Positions 28,525 to 39,178 of a stretch of 64,000 nt of DNA are shown piece by piece (positions within the stretch are counted from its first letter, which is position 1; every line of letters starts with the position of its first letter). The DNA lies in contig JAPJNA010000049.1 of the NCBI GenBank assembly GCA_026461395.1, forward strand, positions 69,538 through 133,537. The letters run 5' to 3'. A program made the position numbers and the translations under genes. The notes below the pieces were generated by a model, which was not told the DNA's origin, did not search any database, and saw only the letters and a program-made list of their open reading frames with translations. Source of the stretch: Chthoniobacterales bacterium (GTDB lineage Bacteria; Verrucomicrobiota; Verrucomicrobiia; Chthoniobacterales; UBA6821).

Positions 28525-29940
28525 TCAACGCTTTAAGGCTTCACTCACTGCGCTCGGACCCCTCGCTAACTCCAGGGCGTTTTCCTGGAAGATCAAGAGA
28601 TCTGAGGAGGTTCCCTCACGGAATGAAACGACACCGTTTCGGGGCGTTCCAAAGGCATATTCCGCTAGGATCAGGTTGCCCGCTGCCTCCTCAGCGGTAT
28701 TTTCCGAAAGTTGGGCAATGAATCGAATAACGCTGGGGTGGGTCAATCCGGCGCTTTCCAAATTTTCGGGCGTGGATGGCTCGAAGTTGCTAGCGGTCAG
28801 CGATTGAAGCTTTTCAAACCAAGTGCTGACTTGTGCCGCCGCAAGCGTTCCTGTCCCACTACCAGCAATTTCCCAATCGTCGCTTCCCTTTTTACGGGAA
28901 AGAATGACCATCGTTTCCTGGTTGTTTGTTTGTTCCTGGGAATGAATTTCGATTTTGTCCACGGCATCCAGGCGCAACGGCTTTGGCTGTCTTGACCGGA
29001 GAGTTGAGGGAGTGATTTCAAGAAGCCTTGCCAATCCAGGAACAATGCAGATTCCTGGTCTGTCGCTGCAGCTCACATAATGACTTTCCGGAGATCCTGC
29101 GACGGCTGATCCGATAGTGATTGTGACCGGCGATTTGCTTCCTGATTCATGTGCTGAGATGACAATAGCCGCTGAATCCATCCCAAAGGTACCGGGATCC
29201 GTTCCTACTGGCATCCAATGATCGACCTTGGTCGATACGAAACTTTTTGCCCAGTCGGCCACGGCCTTGTCATTCGCCCGAGAGGTCATGGGGCTCGTGA
29301 GATTCCAACCGGAATCCTCTTTTTGTAGTGAGAGGCACTGAAAGGCCGATCCCTTGGTGAAGTTGATTGACTCCAGGCGGTCCGGATCAAGAGAGGTAAG
29401 GCGAGGATCCCGGAACTCCTCCACGGGTCGGAAGGCGGACTCCACTACATCCGAAGGAATCAGATAAACCGTTTTGCCCCCATCTAATCGGGCGTAGATC
29501 TGATCTTTAGCGGCACCCTCGATACCGAATGCAAGTGTTCTGCTGGTTCCATCTACTCCGTCGAAAAATGTCAGCGCTCGCTTCGGCATCTTGAGATCGA
29601 GTGATTCTATGCTCACATTTCCCTTCAGATCAGAGGGTTTTAGGATGTCTAGCGGAGTGATTCCAGCAGTCTGATCGAGAATCGAACGGATCAATCGTGC
29701 ATCGGCACGGTCAGAACTGGCATTGTAGGGAGACCCTAATACGACCATCCAAGTTCCGTTTTGCTTATTCAGCACGATCTCCCCTCCCCCCTCTCGGCTA
29801 GTGATCTTCGTGACATCAGACGGACGGAGGTTCAGCAGCGACTCCGAGGCAGAACGGGTATGTGAGCGACCGGAAAAGAGTAGAATGCCCAGAGCTGCGG
29901 CCGCCAAGAGAAGTAAGGCCAGTGTTCCTTTCCAGCTCAC
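28525..29940 (-). CDS. DUF4340-like protein, last gene of the ABC-2/GldG operon
   Basis: 471 aa with N-terminal anchor LALLLLAAAALGILLF. 4-nt overlap with the upstream GldG-like gene. This position and architecture are typical of DUF4340 partners (assignment from context). Confidence 0.6.
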   Translation of the reverse strand: MSWKGTLALLLLAAAALGILLFSGRSHTRSASESLLNLRPSDVTKITSREGGGEIVLNKQNGTWMVVLGSPYNASSDRADARLIRSILDQTAGITPLDILKPSDLKGNVSIESLDLKMPKRALTFFDGVDGTSRTLAFGIEGAAKDQIYARLDGGKTVYLIPSDVVESAFRPVEEFRDPRLTSLDPDRLESINFTKGSAFQCLSLQKEDSGWNLTSPMTSRANDKAVADWAKSFVSTKVDHWMPVGTDPGTFGMDSAAIVISAHESGSKSPVTITIGSAVAGSPESHYVSCSDRPGICIVPGLARLLEITPSTLRSRQPKPLRLDAVDKIEIHSQEQTNNQETMVILSRKKGSDDWEIAGSGTGTLAAAQVSTWFEKLQSLTASNFEPSTPENLESAGLTHPSVIRFIAQLSENTAEEAAGNLILAEYAFGTPRNGVVSFREGTSSDLLIFQENALELARGPSAVSEALKR

Positions 29941-31511
29941 GAGCGCCTCCTCCAGAGAACGATGATTCCAAGAAGTGCTGCGGCCATGGGAATCACCAAT
30001 ATGGTCCAGAGAGCCAGGAGGCGGAGTTGCTGATCATCCAGGTTCAGCGTGAAGAACTCCTTGGTCTTAGGCGTGGTACCGGCGAGTCGAGTGCGGTCGA
30101 TGAGGGTATTCATGGCACTGGAAAAGAAATCGAGGCCGGTTTCTGCAAGGTACTTATCTTTGAGGAACTCGCAGTTGCCCACGACAACCATGCGCGATGC
30201 CCCTAGGGCCAACCGGTCGTCATGCACACCTCCGAGATCGGTTATGGCCGCAATGATGACCGGGAAAAAAGTGTCTCGGGCTGGATCGAAAGTGATCCCT
30301 TTGTTATCGGCGTTCGCGTAATTGGAGCAGCCTCGGAATCCATGGATGGCCCGGATGAGTGGTCGAGCGGTTCCTTGGACGACCGATGTCACCGGGGTGT
30401 TCGATGCTACGGTCGTGTTGGTTGACTCTATATTGGTTGATTGAATCGTCTTGGTGAGTAGCTTCTCCCGCTGTTCATTGATCGCGAGGGAACGGGTGTT
30501 GCCAGTCATAAGGATGTTCATCCCCACGAGGTGTGAGGTGATTTCAGAGCCGGCAAAGAACTCTCCGGTCACATCCCGCAGAATGCCCATCGCTCCTCCA
30601 AGATTTACCAAGCGCAGGACGCGGTCGTTGCGCGCAATGATGTTGCCCGATTCTGCAAGGAAGGCATCCAATTCAGGCGTTTCCCCGGTCGGATCCAGCA
30701 GGATCATAAGATGCCCCTCCGCCTTCCAATACGATTTCAGGGCCGCCATCTCGTCCGGTGAGGGATCGAAATGAGCCCCGTCAATGACTACCAGCGCCGC
30801 ATCTTTGGGCACGGAGGCTGTCTCCGCAAGGTTCAACGGGGCAACCATGATATTCTGCCGCTTCAGGTTCTGTCCCACCAGTTGGAGGGGAGGAACGCCG
30901 GGGAGTTCCTCGCCGTGGCCCTGGAGGAAGTAGGCTTTCTTGTTTGATGCGGGTTCGATCAGGGCAATCAGCGCGGAGGTAAGGATTTGCTCTCCACGAA
31001 AGGCCACCAATCGGGGACGGTCTCCGTACTGGGTCGGGGCAGTGTCGTATTCTCCCATCTCCGGCGCGGGAATGATGGTCGAACGCCCATTGTATTCCAC
31101 GATGATGACATTCTCCCCGCCCGAGAACTTGTAGCGGGCTTGCAATTCGTGGGCGCGCGCAGGGTTTCTCAACGGATCGATACGCTCCACGGCGAGGTCC
31201 CGGTAGTGGTGCGCGTAGAACTGGAACTCCCGCAGAAGCGCCGTGATATCGCCATAGAGTTCGGCGCCAGAAGAGAGGGAGCTAGGTGAAAAATAGACGA
31301 TGACCCGAACCGGTGCTTTCAGGAACCACATCATCTCCTTGGATTGATTCGAGAGCTCGTACTTGTGGGATCGACTGAAATCGTAGCGGCGGTAGTGGTT
31401 GAGCGACCATCCTACGATGCTGCCTGCAACAATCAGGGCCGCGGCGATCTGCAACATGACGCGGAGGCGGACACTGCGCAGATGAGAGGGCTTTCTGTCT
31501 TTGGATGACAT
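29937..31511 (-). CDS. GldG-family ABC-transporter auxiliary protein
   Basis: 524 aa with N- and C-terminal TM anchors (IAAALIVAGSIV / LALWTILVIPMAAALLGIIVLW) flanking a large exported domain. It follows the ABC-2 permease. Confidence 0.7.
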   Translation of the reverse strand: MSSKDRKPSHLRSVRLRVMLQIAAALIVAGSIVGWSLNHYRRYDFSRSHKYELSNQSKEMMWFLKAPVRVIVYFSPSSLSSGAELYGDITALLREFQFYAHHYRDLAVERIDPLRNPARAHELQARYKFSGGENVIIVEYNGRSTIIPAPEMGEYDTAPTQYGDRPRLVAFRGEQILTSALIALIEPASNKKAYFLQGHGEELPGVPPLQLVGQNLKRQNIMVAPLNLAETASVPKDAALVVIDGAHFDPSPDEMAALKSYWKAEGHLMILLDPTGETPELDAFLAESGNIIARNDRVLRLVNLGGAMGILRDVTGEFFAGSEITSHLVGMNILMTGNTRSLAINEQREKLLTKTIQSTNIESTNTTVASNTPVTSVVQGTARPLIRAIHGFRGCSNYANADNKGITFDPARDTFFPVIIAAITDLGGVHDDRLALGASRMVVVGNCEFLKDKYLAETGLDFFSSAMNTLIDRTRLAGTTPKTKEFFTLNLDDQQLRLLALWTILVIPMAAALLGIIVLWRRRS

Positions 31512-31536
31512 GATGCGGTGGGCGAAGAATAGGGAA

Positions 31537-32292
31537 TCAGGAGCGCCAGCGGCGGGCTTGGAAGCTCTGGAGTGTCAGGAAGAGACAGAGCCCTGTCATC
31601 ACGAGGTACCAGACCACCGGGCGCGTGTCGAAGATCCCGCGGGAGAACTGGGTCATCTGATCGATCGGGGAGAAGGTGATTGTGATTCCTTGCATCATCG
31701 TATCGACATGGCCTGACAGGAAGGAGAGGAGTCCTGTCAGGAAAAAGAGCGCAATCACGGCTAAGGTCATCACCGCTGCGGTGATCTGGTGTCGTGTGAG
31801 CGAGGAACAGAAGCAGCCGAGTGAGAGATAGAACATCCCCATGAGGAGAAGCAACAGATAGGAACCAACATAGGCGCCAATGGCACCAGCCGACGTAAGG
31901 TGGGTCTGCCACCAGAAAATCAGAAAGTAGAGACCCGTCGGCATCCAGAGGAATGCGTAGAGAAAGAGGACGCCCAAGAATTTAGCCAGCACCACCTGAG
32001 TGTCACGCACCGGAGCCGTCATGAGAGGTTCGATGGTGCCACTGCGGTATTCCTCCGAGTAGAGGCGCATCGTGAGAAGCGGAAAAAGCAGCAGGAAGGA
32101 GAACCAGAAAAAGACCGTGTTGAAAAAGGACTCCACCACGGTTACTTCCGTTGGTCCGTGATTAAGGACGGAGACACCGGCATAGAAATTAAAGCCGGTG
32201 ACCAGTAGCAGAAAAAAGAGGATCACCCAAGCCATGGGTGTCTGGAAGGCCGAGGCGACCTCCCGTTTCCAGAGAGTCCAAAAGATTCTCAT
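31537..32292 (-). CDS. ABC-2 type transporter permease (GldF-like)
   Basis: 251 aa, about 6 TM segments. 4-nt overlap with the ATPase gene. Confidence 0.8.
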   Translation of the reverse strand: MRIFWTLWKREVASAFQTPMAWVILFFLLLVTGFNFYAGVSVLNHGPTEVTVVESFFNTVFFWFSFLLLFPLLTMRLYSEEYRSGTIEPLMTAPVRDTQVVLAKFLGVLFLYAFLWMPTGLYFLIFWWQTHLTSAGAIGAYVGSYLLLLLMGMFYLSLGCFCSSLTRHQITAAVMTLAVIALFFLTGLLSFLSGHVDTMMQGITITFSPIDQMTQFSRGIFDTRPVVWYLVMTGLCLFLTLQSFQARRWRS

Positions 32293-33323
32293 AGCTTGGC
32301 TGGTTCCTTGGTTGGCGTTTTTCCCTTAGGAGTGCCGGGGATTCGCTCGACGAACGAAGTAAAGATCTCTTCGAGGGATGATTCGTGCGCCGAGAGTTCC
32401 CTGAGCTTCCAGCCTCTACGCACAGCCTCCTCGAAGAGTGCGGGGCGCGGGTCCCCAGAGGAGGATGAAGATAAAGATGGGATAATCTCGTAACGGGTCC
32501 AACAAGAGATGGAGGCGGTGGTGGTGGATGGGATGCCTTCTGCAAGGGATGCCGAGGCGACTTCTTCCAGGGATTGCAAGATCGCGAGCACGGACTCTGA
32601 GTTGGCCCGATCGGCAGTCTGAATTTCCATTCTCACCGAGCCCGAGAGAGCAATGCCGGAGCGTTCCCGTAATTCTGCAGGCGTGCCGGTCGCGACAATC
32701 TGCCCCTTGTTGATGATCAGCACACGGGAACAGGTCATCTCCACTTCGCTTAGAATGTGGCTGGAAAGCAGAATTGTATGCCGCCTCGCCAGTCCCTTGA
32801 TGAGTTCCCTAACTTCACGGATCTGCCCCGGGTCGAGGCCTATGGTCGGTTCGTCGAGGATCAGAATGTCGGGTTCATTCACCAGCGCATCAGCAAGTCC
32901 GACGCGCTGTCGGTATCCCTTGGAGAGAGTGCCGATGAGCTGATTGCGAACATGACTGATGCTGCAGAGCTCCAGAGCATCATCAACCTTTTCATTGATG
33001 AGGCGGGAGCGGACTCCTTTCAGGGCGGCTCGGTAGCGGAGGTATTCTCCGACGCGCATCTCGGGATAGAGAGGGACGTTTTCGGGAAGGTAGCCGATCC
33101 GGGACCGAGCCTTGAGCGACTGACTCAGGATATCGAAACCCGCGATCTTGACCTCGCCCGCATCTGCTGGGAGATATCCGCTGAGGATTTTCATCGTCGT
33201 GCTCTTTCCGGCCCCGTTAGGCCCCAAGAAGCCGACCACCTCGCCTCGATCGACCGAGAAAGAGAGATCTCGGACGGCATCGGTCGCGCCATAGCTTTTA
33301 GTGAGTCCTTGGACAGAGATCAT
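32289..33323 (-). CDS. ABC transporter ATP-binding protein (GldA-like) with C-terminal extension
   Basis: GPNGAGKST (Walker A), LSKGYRQRVGLA (signature), ILILDEPTIGLD (Walker B), plus about 100 extra C-terminal residues. Confidence 0.92.
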   Translation of the reverse strand: MISVQGLTKSYGATDAVRDLSFSVDRGEVVGFLGPNGAGKSTTMKILSGYLPADAGEVKIAGFDILSQSLKARSRIGYLPENVPLYPEMRVGEYLRYRAALKGVRSRLINEKVDDALELCSISHVRNQLIGTLSKGYRQRVGLADALVNEPDILILDEPTIGLDPGQIREVRELIKGLARRHTILLSSHILSEVEMTCSRVLIINKGQIVATGTPAELRERSGIALSGSVRMEIQTADRANSESVLAILQSLEEVASASLAEGIPSTTTASISCWTRYEIIPSLSSSSSGDPRPALFEEAVRRGWKLRELSAHESSLEEIFTSFVERIPGTPKGKTPTKEPAKL

Positions 33324-33498
33324 GAAGTTGCCGGGAAGATGGGAAACTTAACTACTACGTGCCGGCGGCGCAAGAATGCTCAGGTAGCTGACATTGCCAG
33401 CTTGCTCCACTCCACTTATCTGTTAAAGAATAGGATTTCTGTGTCCCTGCTGTGAAAATTCAGCTTGAGCACCAGATAACACGACTTTTCACATCTTC

Positions 33499-36312
33499 AT
33501 GAGCACATCCTTCACTGCCCGCTGGAACGAAGCGGCCATCGATGAAAATTACGAAAAATGGCACCGGAACGCAGCCTCCGTATCGCCTGACTGGGCCTCC
33601 TTCTTCGAGGGGTTTGAACTTGGCTACGCGCGCTATCAGAAAACCCCTGCTAAGCCAATCGGCGCAGTCGTTCCCATCTCTTCTACGCAGTCTTCCACTG
33701 CAACAACGACAGAATCAGTTGCGGCTGAAACCTCCCTTCAGAGCCGCGTCGAGGCGCTGATCTACACCTACCGGACGCTTGGTCACACTGCCTCGCGTCT
33801 CAACCCTCTCGTAGATGATGTTCCTTACCAGCCACTGCTGGAGCTGAAGGAATTCGGACTCACAGAGGCTGATCTGGATATTACAGTCTGTTCCCGTTCC
33901 TTCCGCGACGGAGTTCCGATGAAGTTACGCGACATCATCGCGGAAATGAAGGCCATCTACTGTGACACCCTCGGTGTTGAGTATATGCACATTCAGAATC
34001 CCCGCATCCGCCACTGGATCCGCGAGAGGGTCGAGGCTCGTGCAGATAAGGCCGTTACGGAGACCCCCCACTACAGGATCCTACGCACTCTCCACAAGGC
34101 GGAGAGCTTCGAGCACTTCATCCACACCACCTATGTCGGAAGCAAGCGCTTCTCGCTCGAGGGTGGTGAGTCGATGATGGTGGCCCTCTCAGAGATCCTT
34201 TTCCGGTCTCCAGGGGCCGGCGTGAAGGAGCTCGTTCTTGGCATGGCCCACCGCGGCCGCCTGAATATCCTGACGAATTTCCTCAAGAAACCCTTTGAGA
34301 TCCTCTTCAACGAATTCAGCGACAAGTACGATCCCGATCTTGGCGAAGCCAGCGGCGACGTGAAATACCACCTTGGTTACCAGACGACGCGCCGCAACGA
34401 GCAGGGACAGGAGGTTGAGGTCTATCTCGCCGCCAACCCCAGTCATCTGGAAGCGGTGAATCCCGTCGTCCTTGGCAAGGCTCGCGCACGTCAGCGCATA
34501 CTCGATGACACAATCAAGCGTCGGAAAGTCGTCCCGATCTTGATCCATGGCGACGCCGCCTTCCCGGGCCAGGGCATCGTCGCAGAGTGCTTCAACCTCT
34601 CCCAACTGGAAGGTTACAAAGTAGGAGGTGCCATCCATCTGATCGTGAACAATCAGATCGGCTTCACCACGCTTCCGAAGGATTCGCGCTCCTCGCTCTA
34701 CTGCACCGAGATCGCGAAGACTGTCGAGGCGCCCGTTTTCCATGTCAACGGCGACGACCCGATCGCTGTCGCCGAGGCTGCCCGCATCGCGATCGCCTAC
34801 CGCCAGGAGTTCGGCCGAGACATCGTTATCGATATTGTCTGCTACCGCCGCTACGGCCACAATGAAGGGGACGAACCGCTCTTCACTCAGCCTGATCTCT
34901 ATAAGGTCATCCGTGCCCACAAGCGCCCAAGCGAGGTTTTCCTGGAGCGCGCAAAACAGCTTGGAACGCTCACCCAGGAGGATTTCGACGCCAGTTGGAA
35001 GAAGTCCCAAGGACATCTGGAGACAGCCCTCGCCGAGATGAAGAAGGGAATAGTCACCGATGTGAAGGCCAACCAGAAGGCCTTTGTCGGTTCCACCGCT
35101 GTCTTCCAGCCGGATTACTCCTTCCAGCCGGTCAAGACCGCCATCAATGAGCAGACCCTCAAGACCATCGTCGACGGTCTCACAACGGTGCCTGCCGACT
35201 TCCGCATCCTTCCGAAGGTCCGCAAGACCATCCTGGAGCGCCGTCGCGAGGTCTATGAGAAAGGCACCGGCTATGACTGGGGATATGGCGAGGCCCTGGC
35301 TTTCGGTTCGCTCATGCTTCAGGGAATACCGATCCGCCTCTCCGGACAGGACAGCCGCCGCGGCACCTTCAGCCATCGTCACTCCGTCTTTTATGACGAG
35401 ATGAATCGCGAGCGTTACATCCCGCTGCAGCATTTGGCCCCGGACCAGGGCCGTTTCTGCGTCTACAACAGCCCTCTTTCCGAGGCAGCCGTGCTCGGTT
35501 TTGACTACGGCTACTCCATGGATTATCCGAAGATGCTCTGCATGTGGGAGGCCCAGTTCGGCGATTTCGCCAACGGTGCACAAATCATCATCGACCAGTT
35601 CATCGCCTCTGCTGAGACCAAGTGGCTGCGGCCCAGCTCGCTGGTCATGCTTTTGCCTCATGGCTATGAGGGGCAGGGACCCGAGCATTCCAGCGCACGC
35701 CTTGAGCGCTTCCTTCAGCTCTGCGCCGAGCAGAACATGGAGGTCTGCAACCTCACCACGCCAGCACAGTACTTCCATGCACTGCGCCGCCAGATGCTCC
35801 GCGATTTCCGCAAGCCGCTGATCATCATGACGCCGAAGAGCCTCCTGCGTGCCGAAGTGGCCGTCTCCACGACAGAGGATTTCACTAAGGGCTCGTTCCA
35901 TGAAATCCTTGAGGGACCCAAGCCCGTAGATCCAGCCAAGGTCGAGCGTCTCATCCTCTGCTCCGGTAAGGTCTACTACGACCTTCTGGCGTATAGGGAA
36001 AAGAATGGTTGGAGCGACCGCAGCGCACTCGTTCGCTTTGAGCAGATCTATCCGCTCAACGAAGAGGAGCTCCGCAAGATCACCGCTCCCTATCTTGGTG
36101 CGGGTGCAAAACCTGAGATCGTCTGGTGTCAAGAAGAGCCCGCGAACATGGGCTCCTGGCATCATTTGCTCCCGATCCTGATGAAGTTCTTCGGACGCGC
36201 CATCAGCTATGCGGGTCGCGAGGCCAGTGCCAGCACGGCTGTTGGCACAACTGCTGCCCATAAGCACCAGCAGGCCGAACTCATCGCTCAAGCTTTCGGT
36301 CAAAATAAGTGA
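33499..36312 (+). CDS. sucA: 2-oxoglutarate dehydrogenase E1 component
   Basis: 937 aa. YTYRTLGHTASRLNPL, GMAHRGRLNIL, HGDAAFPGQG, RYGHNEGDEP, LLPHGYEGQGPEHSSARLERFLQL. Confidence 0.96.
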   Translation: MSTSFTARWNEAAIDENYEKWHRNAASVSPDWASFFEGFELGYARYQKTPAKPIGAVVPISSTQSSTATTTESVAAETSLQSRVEALIYTYRTLGHTASRLNPLVDDVPYQPLLELKEFGLTEADLDITVCSRSFRDGVPMKLRDIIAEMKAIYCDTLGVEYMHIQNPRIRHWIRERVEARADKAVTETPHYRILRTLHKAESFEHFIHTTYVGSKRFSLEGGESMMVALSEILFRSPGAGVKELVLGMAHRGRLNILTNFLKKPFEILFNEFSDKYDPDLGEASGDVKYHLGYQTTRRNEQGQEVEVYLAANPSHLEAVNPVVLGKARARQRILDDTIKRRKVVPILIHGDAAFPGQGIVAECFNLSQLEGYKVGGAIHLIVNNQIGFTTLPKDSRSSLYCTEIAKTVEAPVFHVNGDDPIAVAEAARIAIAYRQEFGRDIVIDIVCYRRYGHNEGDEPLFTQPDLYKVIRAHKRPSEVFLERAKQLGTLTQEDFDASWKKSQGHLETALAEMKKGIVTDVKANQKAFVGSTAVFQPDYSFQPVKTAINEQTLKTIVDGLTTVPADFRILPKVRKTILERRREVYEKGTGYDWGYGEALAFGSLMLQGIPIRLSGQDSRRGTFSHRHSVFYDEMNRERYIPLQHLAPDQGRFCVYNSPLSEAAVLGFDYGYSMDYPKMLCMWEAQFGDFANGAQIIIDQFIASAETKWLRPSSLVMLLPHGYEGQGPEHSSARLERFLQLCAEQNMEVCNLTTPAQYFHALRRQMLRDFRKPLIIMTPKSLLRAEVAVSTTEDFTKGSFHEILEGPKPVDPAKVERLILCSGKVYYDLLAYREKNGWSDRSALVRFEQIYPLNEEELRKITAPYLGAGAKPEIVWCQEEPANMGSWHHLLPILMKFFGRAISYAGREASASTAVGTTAAHKHQQAELIAQAFGQNK

Positions 36313-36365
36313 ACAAGTAAGCGGTAAATAACGAACAAATCTCCCAACTCCGAACCATTCCAATC

Positions 36366-37442
36366 ATGAGCGTTGCTGTCATCGTACCTGCCGTCGGCGA
36401 ATCCATTACTTCCGGAGTTCTCTCCGCCTGGCATAAAAAAGACGGGGATCATGTCGCCGTCGGCGACCTTCTCTTCACACTCGATACCGATAAGGTCTCC
36501 TCGGAGGTCACAGCCCTGGAGTCAGGAGTCCTGAAAATCCAAGTCGCCGAAGGAGCCGAGATTCCCATCGGCTCCACGGTCGCCGAAATCGATACGGCCG
36601 CGGCTGCACCAAAAAAGGCTGAAGTGGCTGAGAAAAAGCCCGAGACCAAGCCAGTACCTATGGCCGAAGCACCCAAGGCCGCTCCAGTTCCCACCCCATC
36701 ACCGATTGCCCATTCCCCATCCCCTGCGCCTAGGGCGCAGCCCGAAGGCCGCGTTACCCGCCGCAAGCTTACCCCTCTCCGTCGGAAGATCGCTCTCCAG
36801 TTGGTGAATGCCCAGCAGACCGCCGCTATCCTGACCACCTTCAACGAGGTCGATATGAGCGCCGTCATGAATCTTCGCAAGGAGGTCCAGGAGGGCTTTC
36901 AGGCCAAGTACGGTGTGAAGCTCGGATTCATGTCCTTCTTCATCAAGGCCGTGGTGGAGGCCCTGCAGGCAATTCCCCAGATCAATGCCCGACTCGAGGG
37001 AGACGAACTCATCGAGAACCACTACTACGACATCGGCGTGGCTGTCGGCACGGAGAAAGGACTCATGGTTCCCGTCCTGCGCGATTGTGAGAAGCTCTCA
37101 TTAGCCGGCCTTGAGAAGGAACTCGTAGGCTTTGCAGTGAAGGCTCGCGAGGGGAAGATCGGCCTCTCAGATCTCCAAGGTGGCTGCTTCACCATCTCCA
37201 ATGGCGGCGTCTACGGATCCCTCCTCAGCACTCCTATCCTTAACCCACCCCAGAGCGGCATCCTGGGTATGCACAAGATCCAGGAGCGTCCCGTCGCCAT
37301 CAATGGCAAGGTGGAGATCCGCCCGATGATGTATCTCGCCCTCTCCTACGACCACCGAGTGGTGGATGGGAAAGAAGCGGTGACGTTCCTCATTAAGATT
37401 AAGGAAGCCCTCGAAAATCCTGTGAGACTGTTCTTGGACTGA
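36366..37442 (+). CDS. sucB: Dihydrolipoyllysine-residue succinyltransferase (OGDH E2)
   Basis: 358 aa. Lipoyl domain [12 protein letters not shown]-rich linker, catalytic [17 protein letters not shown]. Confidence 0.93.
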   Translation: MSVAVIVPAVGESITSGVLSAWHKKDGDHVAVGDLLFTLDTDKVSSEVTALESGVLKIQVAEGAEIPIGSTVAEIDTAAAAPKKAEVAEKKPETKPVPMAEAPKAAPVPTPSPIAHSPSPAPRAQPEGRVTRRKLTPLRRKIALQLVNAQQTAAILTTFNEVDMSAVMNLRKEVQEGFQAKYGVKLGFMSFFIKAVVEALQAIPQINARLEGDELIENHYYDIGVAVGTEKGLMVPVLRDCEKLSLAGLEKELVGFAVKAREGKIGLSDLQGGCFTISNGGVYGSLLSTPILNPPQSGILGMHKIQERPVAINGKVEIRPMMYLALSYDHRVVDGKEAVTFLIKIKEALENPVRLFLD

Positions 37443-37493
37443 TTGTTCAAAAACAATCTCCGCTTTAGTTCTTTTAAGCTTCATCCTTTTTTC

Positions 37494-37973
37494 ATGGACT
37501 CCCTCATCCGCATCCTGAAGCAGAACTCTGCAATCCCCCGCGCCGACCTCGCCCGCCAACTCGGTCTGAGCGAGCCAGAACTCACGGCCAAGATCACGAA
37601 GCTCGAGTCCGGCGGAACCATCCTCGGATATCATGCCGTCATCAACCGCGAGAAGTGGGATACCGACGCGGTAACTGCCGTGATCGAGGTGCGCGTCACC
37701 CCGGAACGCGAGGGCGGATTCGACCGTATTGCCAACCGCATCGCCGGATTTGAAGAAGTCCAGAGCGTCTATCTCATGAGCGGCGGCCACGACCTCATGG
37801 TTGTTGTCGAGGGGGCCAACCTTCGCGAGGTGGCCTCCTTCGTGGCTGACAAGCTCAGCACCATCGAAGCCGTCCAATCGTGCGCAACCCACTTCCGGCT
37901 CAAGACCTACAAAGAAAATGGAATGCTCCATGCCGTCGAGGAGGCTACCGAGCGTCTCTCGGTAACCCCCTGA
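37494..37973 (+). CDS. Lrp/AsnC-family transcriptional regulator
   Basis: ATG 37494 gives MDSLIRILKQNSAIPRADLARQLGLSEPEL (HTH), then an RAM/ligand domain (VTAVIEVRV...VQSVYLMSGGHDLMV). Confidence 0.85.
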   Translation: MDSLIRILKQNSAIPRADLARQLGLSEPELTAKITKLESGGTILGYHAVINREKWDTDAVTAVIEVRVTPEREGGFDRIANRIAGFEEVQSVYLMSGGHDLMVVVEGANLREVASFVADKLSTIEAVQSCATHFRLKTYKENGMLHAVEEATERLSVTP

Positions 37974-37997
37974 CCGGAGCGCTAACGTTTTTCGGTC

Positions 37998-39176
37998 ATG
38001 AGCAGTTCCCGCATCGCGGAGCACGTCCGCAACATTCCCCGCTCCGGGATCCGTGACTTTTTCGAGATCGTCCAGTCGATGAAAGGGGTCATCTCCCTCG
38101 GCATCGGCGAGCCCGACTTCGTCACCCCATGGCATATCCGCGAGGCCGCCATCTATTCCCTGGAGAAGGGAAAGACCGGATACACTTCCAATCTCGGCAC
38201 CCCTCGCCTACGACGCGCTATTGCCAAGTATGTCGAGCAGTACTTCGCCGTGGAATATAACCCCCACGACGAAATCATCGTCACCGTCGGCGTCTCCGAG
38301 GCCATCGATCTCGCTCTCCGTTCCCTACTCAATCCGGGTGACGAGGTACTCTACCACGAGCCCTGCTACGTCTCTTACAGCCCCAGCATCCAGCTCGCTG
38401 GCGGCGTACCCGTGGCCGTGTCAACCCACTCCAAGGATGAGTTTTCTCTGAAAGTCTCTGATCTTGAAAAAGCTGTCACGCCGAAGACTCGAGTCCTGAT
38501 GCTGAACTTCCCGACCAACCCCACCGGTGCCGTCATGCCCCTGGAAGAGTTGAAAAAAATTGCCGCCTTCGCAGTGAAGCACGATCTCGTTGTCCTGACC
38601 GATGAGATCTATAGCGAGCTCACCTACGATGAGCTACCACATCACTCCATCGCCGCACTTCCGGGGATGAAGGAACGGACTCTCTTTCTGCACGGATTTT
38701 CCAAGGCCTTTGCCATGACCGGATGGCGCATCGGTTATGCCTGCGGTCCCGCTGACATCATCGAGGCGATGATGAAGATCCATCAGTACTCCATGCTCTG
38801 CGCTTCCATCATGAGCCAAGAGGCCGCCTGCGAAGCGCTCGAACGCGGCCAGCGCAGCATGGAACGCATGAAGGAGGAATACCGTCTCCGCAGGAACTAT
38901 ATTGTCTCTTCGCTGAATGAGGCCGGCATTCCTTGCCATCTCCCGAAAGGAGCCTTCTATGTCTTCCCCGACATTCGTGCCACCGGACTCTCCAGCAAGG
39001 ATTTCTCTCTGCAGCTTCTGGATGCGAAGAAAGTAGCCGTCGTCCCCGGAACAGCCTTCGGTTCCAGCGGTGAAGGCTATGTCCGGTGCAGTTATGCGGC
39101 CGGTATGGATCAGATTAAGTTGGCCTGCGAGCGCATCACGGAGTTTGTCCGCGACATTCCACGGACGGCCTCCTAA
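37998..39176 (+). CDS. Class I/II pyridoxal-phosphate-dependent aminotransferase (aspartate/aromatic type)
   Basis: 392 aa. NFPTNPTGAV and HGFSKAFAMTGWRIGY (PLP-Lys). Confidence 0.9.
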   Translation: MSSSRIAEHVRNIPRSGIRDFFEIVQSMKGVISLGIGEPDFVTPWHIREAAIYSLEKGKTGYTSNLGTPRLRRAIAKYVEQYFAVEYNPHDEIIVTVGVSEAIDLALRSLLNPGDEVLYHEPCYVSYSPSIQLAGGVPVAVSTHSKDEFSLKVSDLEKAVTPKTRVLMLNFPTNPTGAVMPLEELKKIAAFAVKHDLVVLTDEIYSELTYDELPHHSIAALPGMKERTLFLHGFSKAFAMTGWRIGYACGPADIIEAMMKIHQYSMLCASIMSQEAACEALERGQRSMERMKEEYRLRRNYIVSSLNEAGIPCHLPKGAFYVFPDIRATGLSSKDFSLQLLDAKKVAVVPGTAFGSSGEGYVRCSYAAGMDQIKLACERITEFVRDIPRTAS

Positions 39177-39178
39177 TT

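Noticed and set aside
28499-28532. 10-nt direct repeat TTTCAACGCT x2 downstream of the ABC/DUF4340 operon
   Set aside because: It is short, occurs only twice, and its spacing is unremarkable. It is probably chance, or part of a weak terminator region.
34189-36363. 724-aa ORF antisense to sucA
   Set aside because: The sense strand encodes a full-length, motif-rich SucA. The antisense translation is low-complexity (Arg/Gly/Leu/Asp-rich) with no recognisable domain. Long stop-free antisense frames are expected in GC-rich coding DNA.
37167-38135. 322-aa minus-strand ORF spanning the sucB end, the Lrp gene and the aminotransferase start
   Set aside because: It crosses two intergenic boundaries of well-supported plus-strand genes, and its translation has no domain signature. 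This is an artefact of GC-rich sequence.
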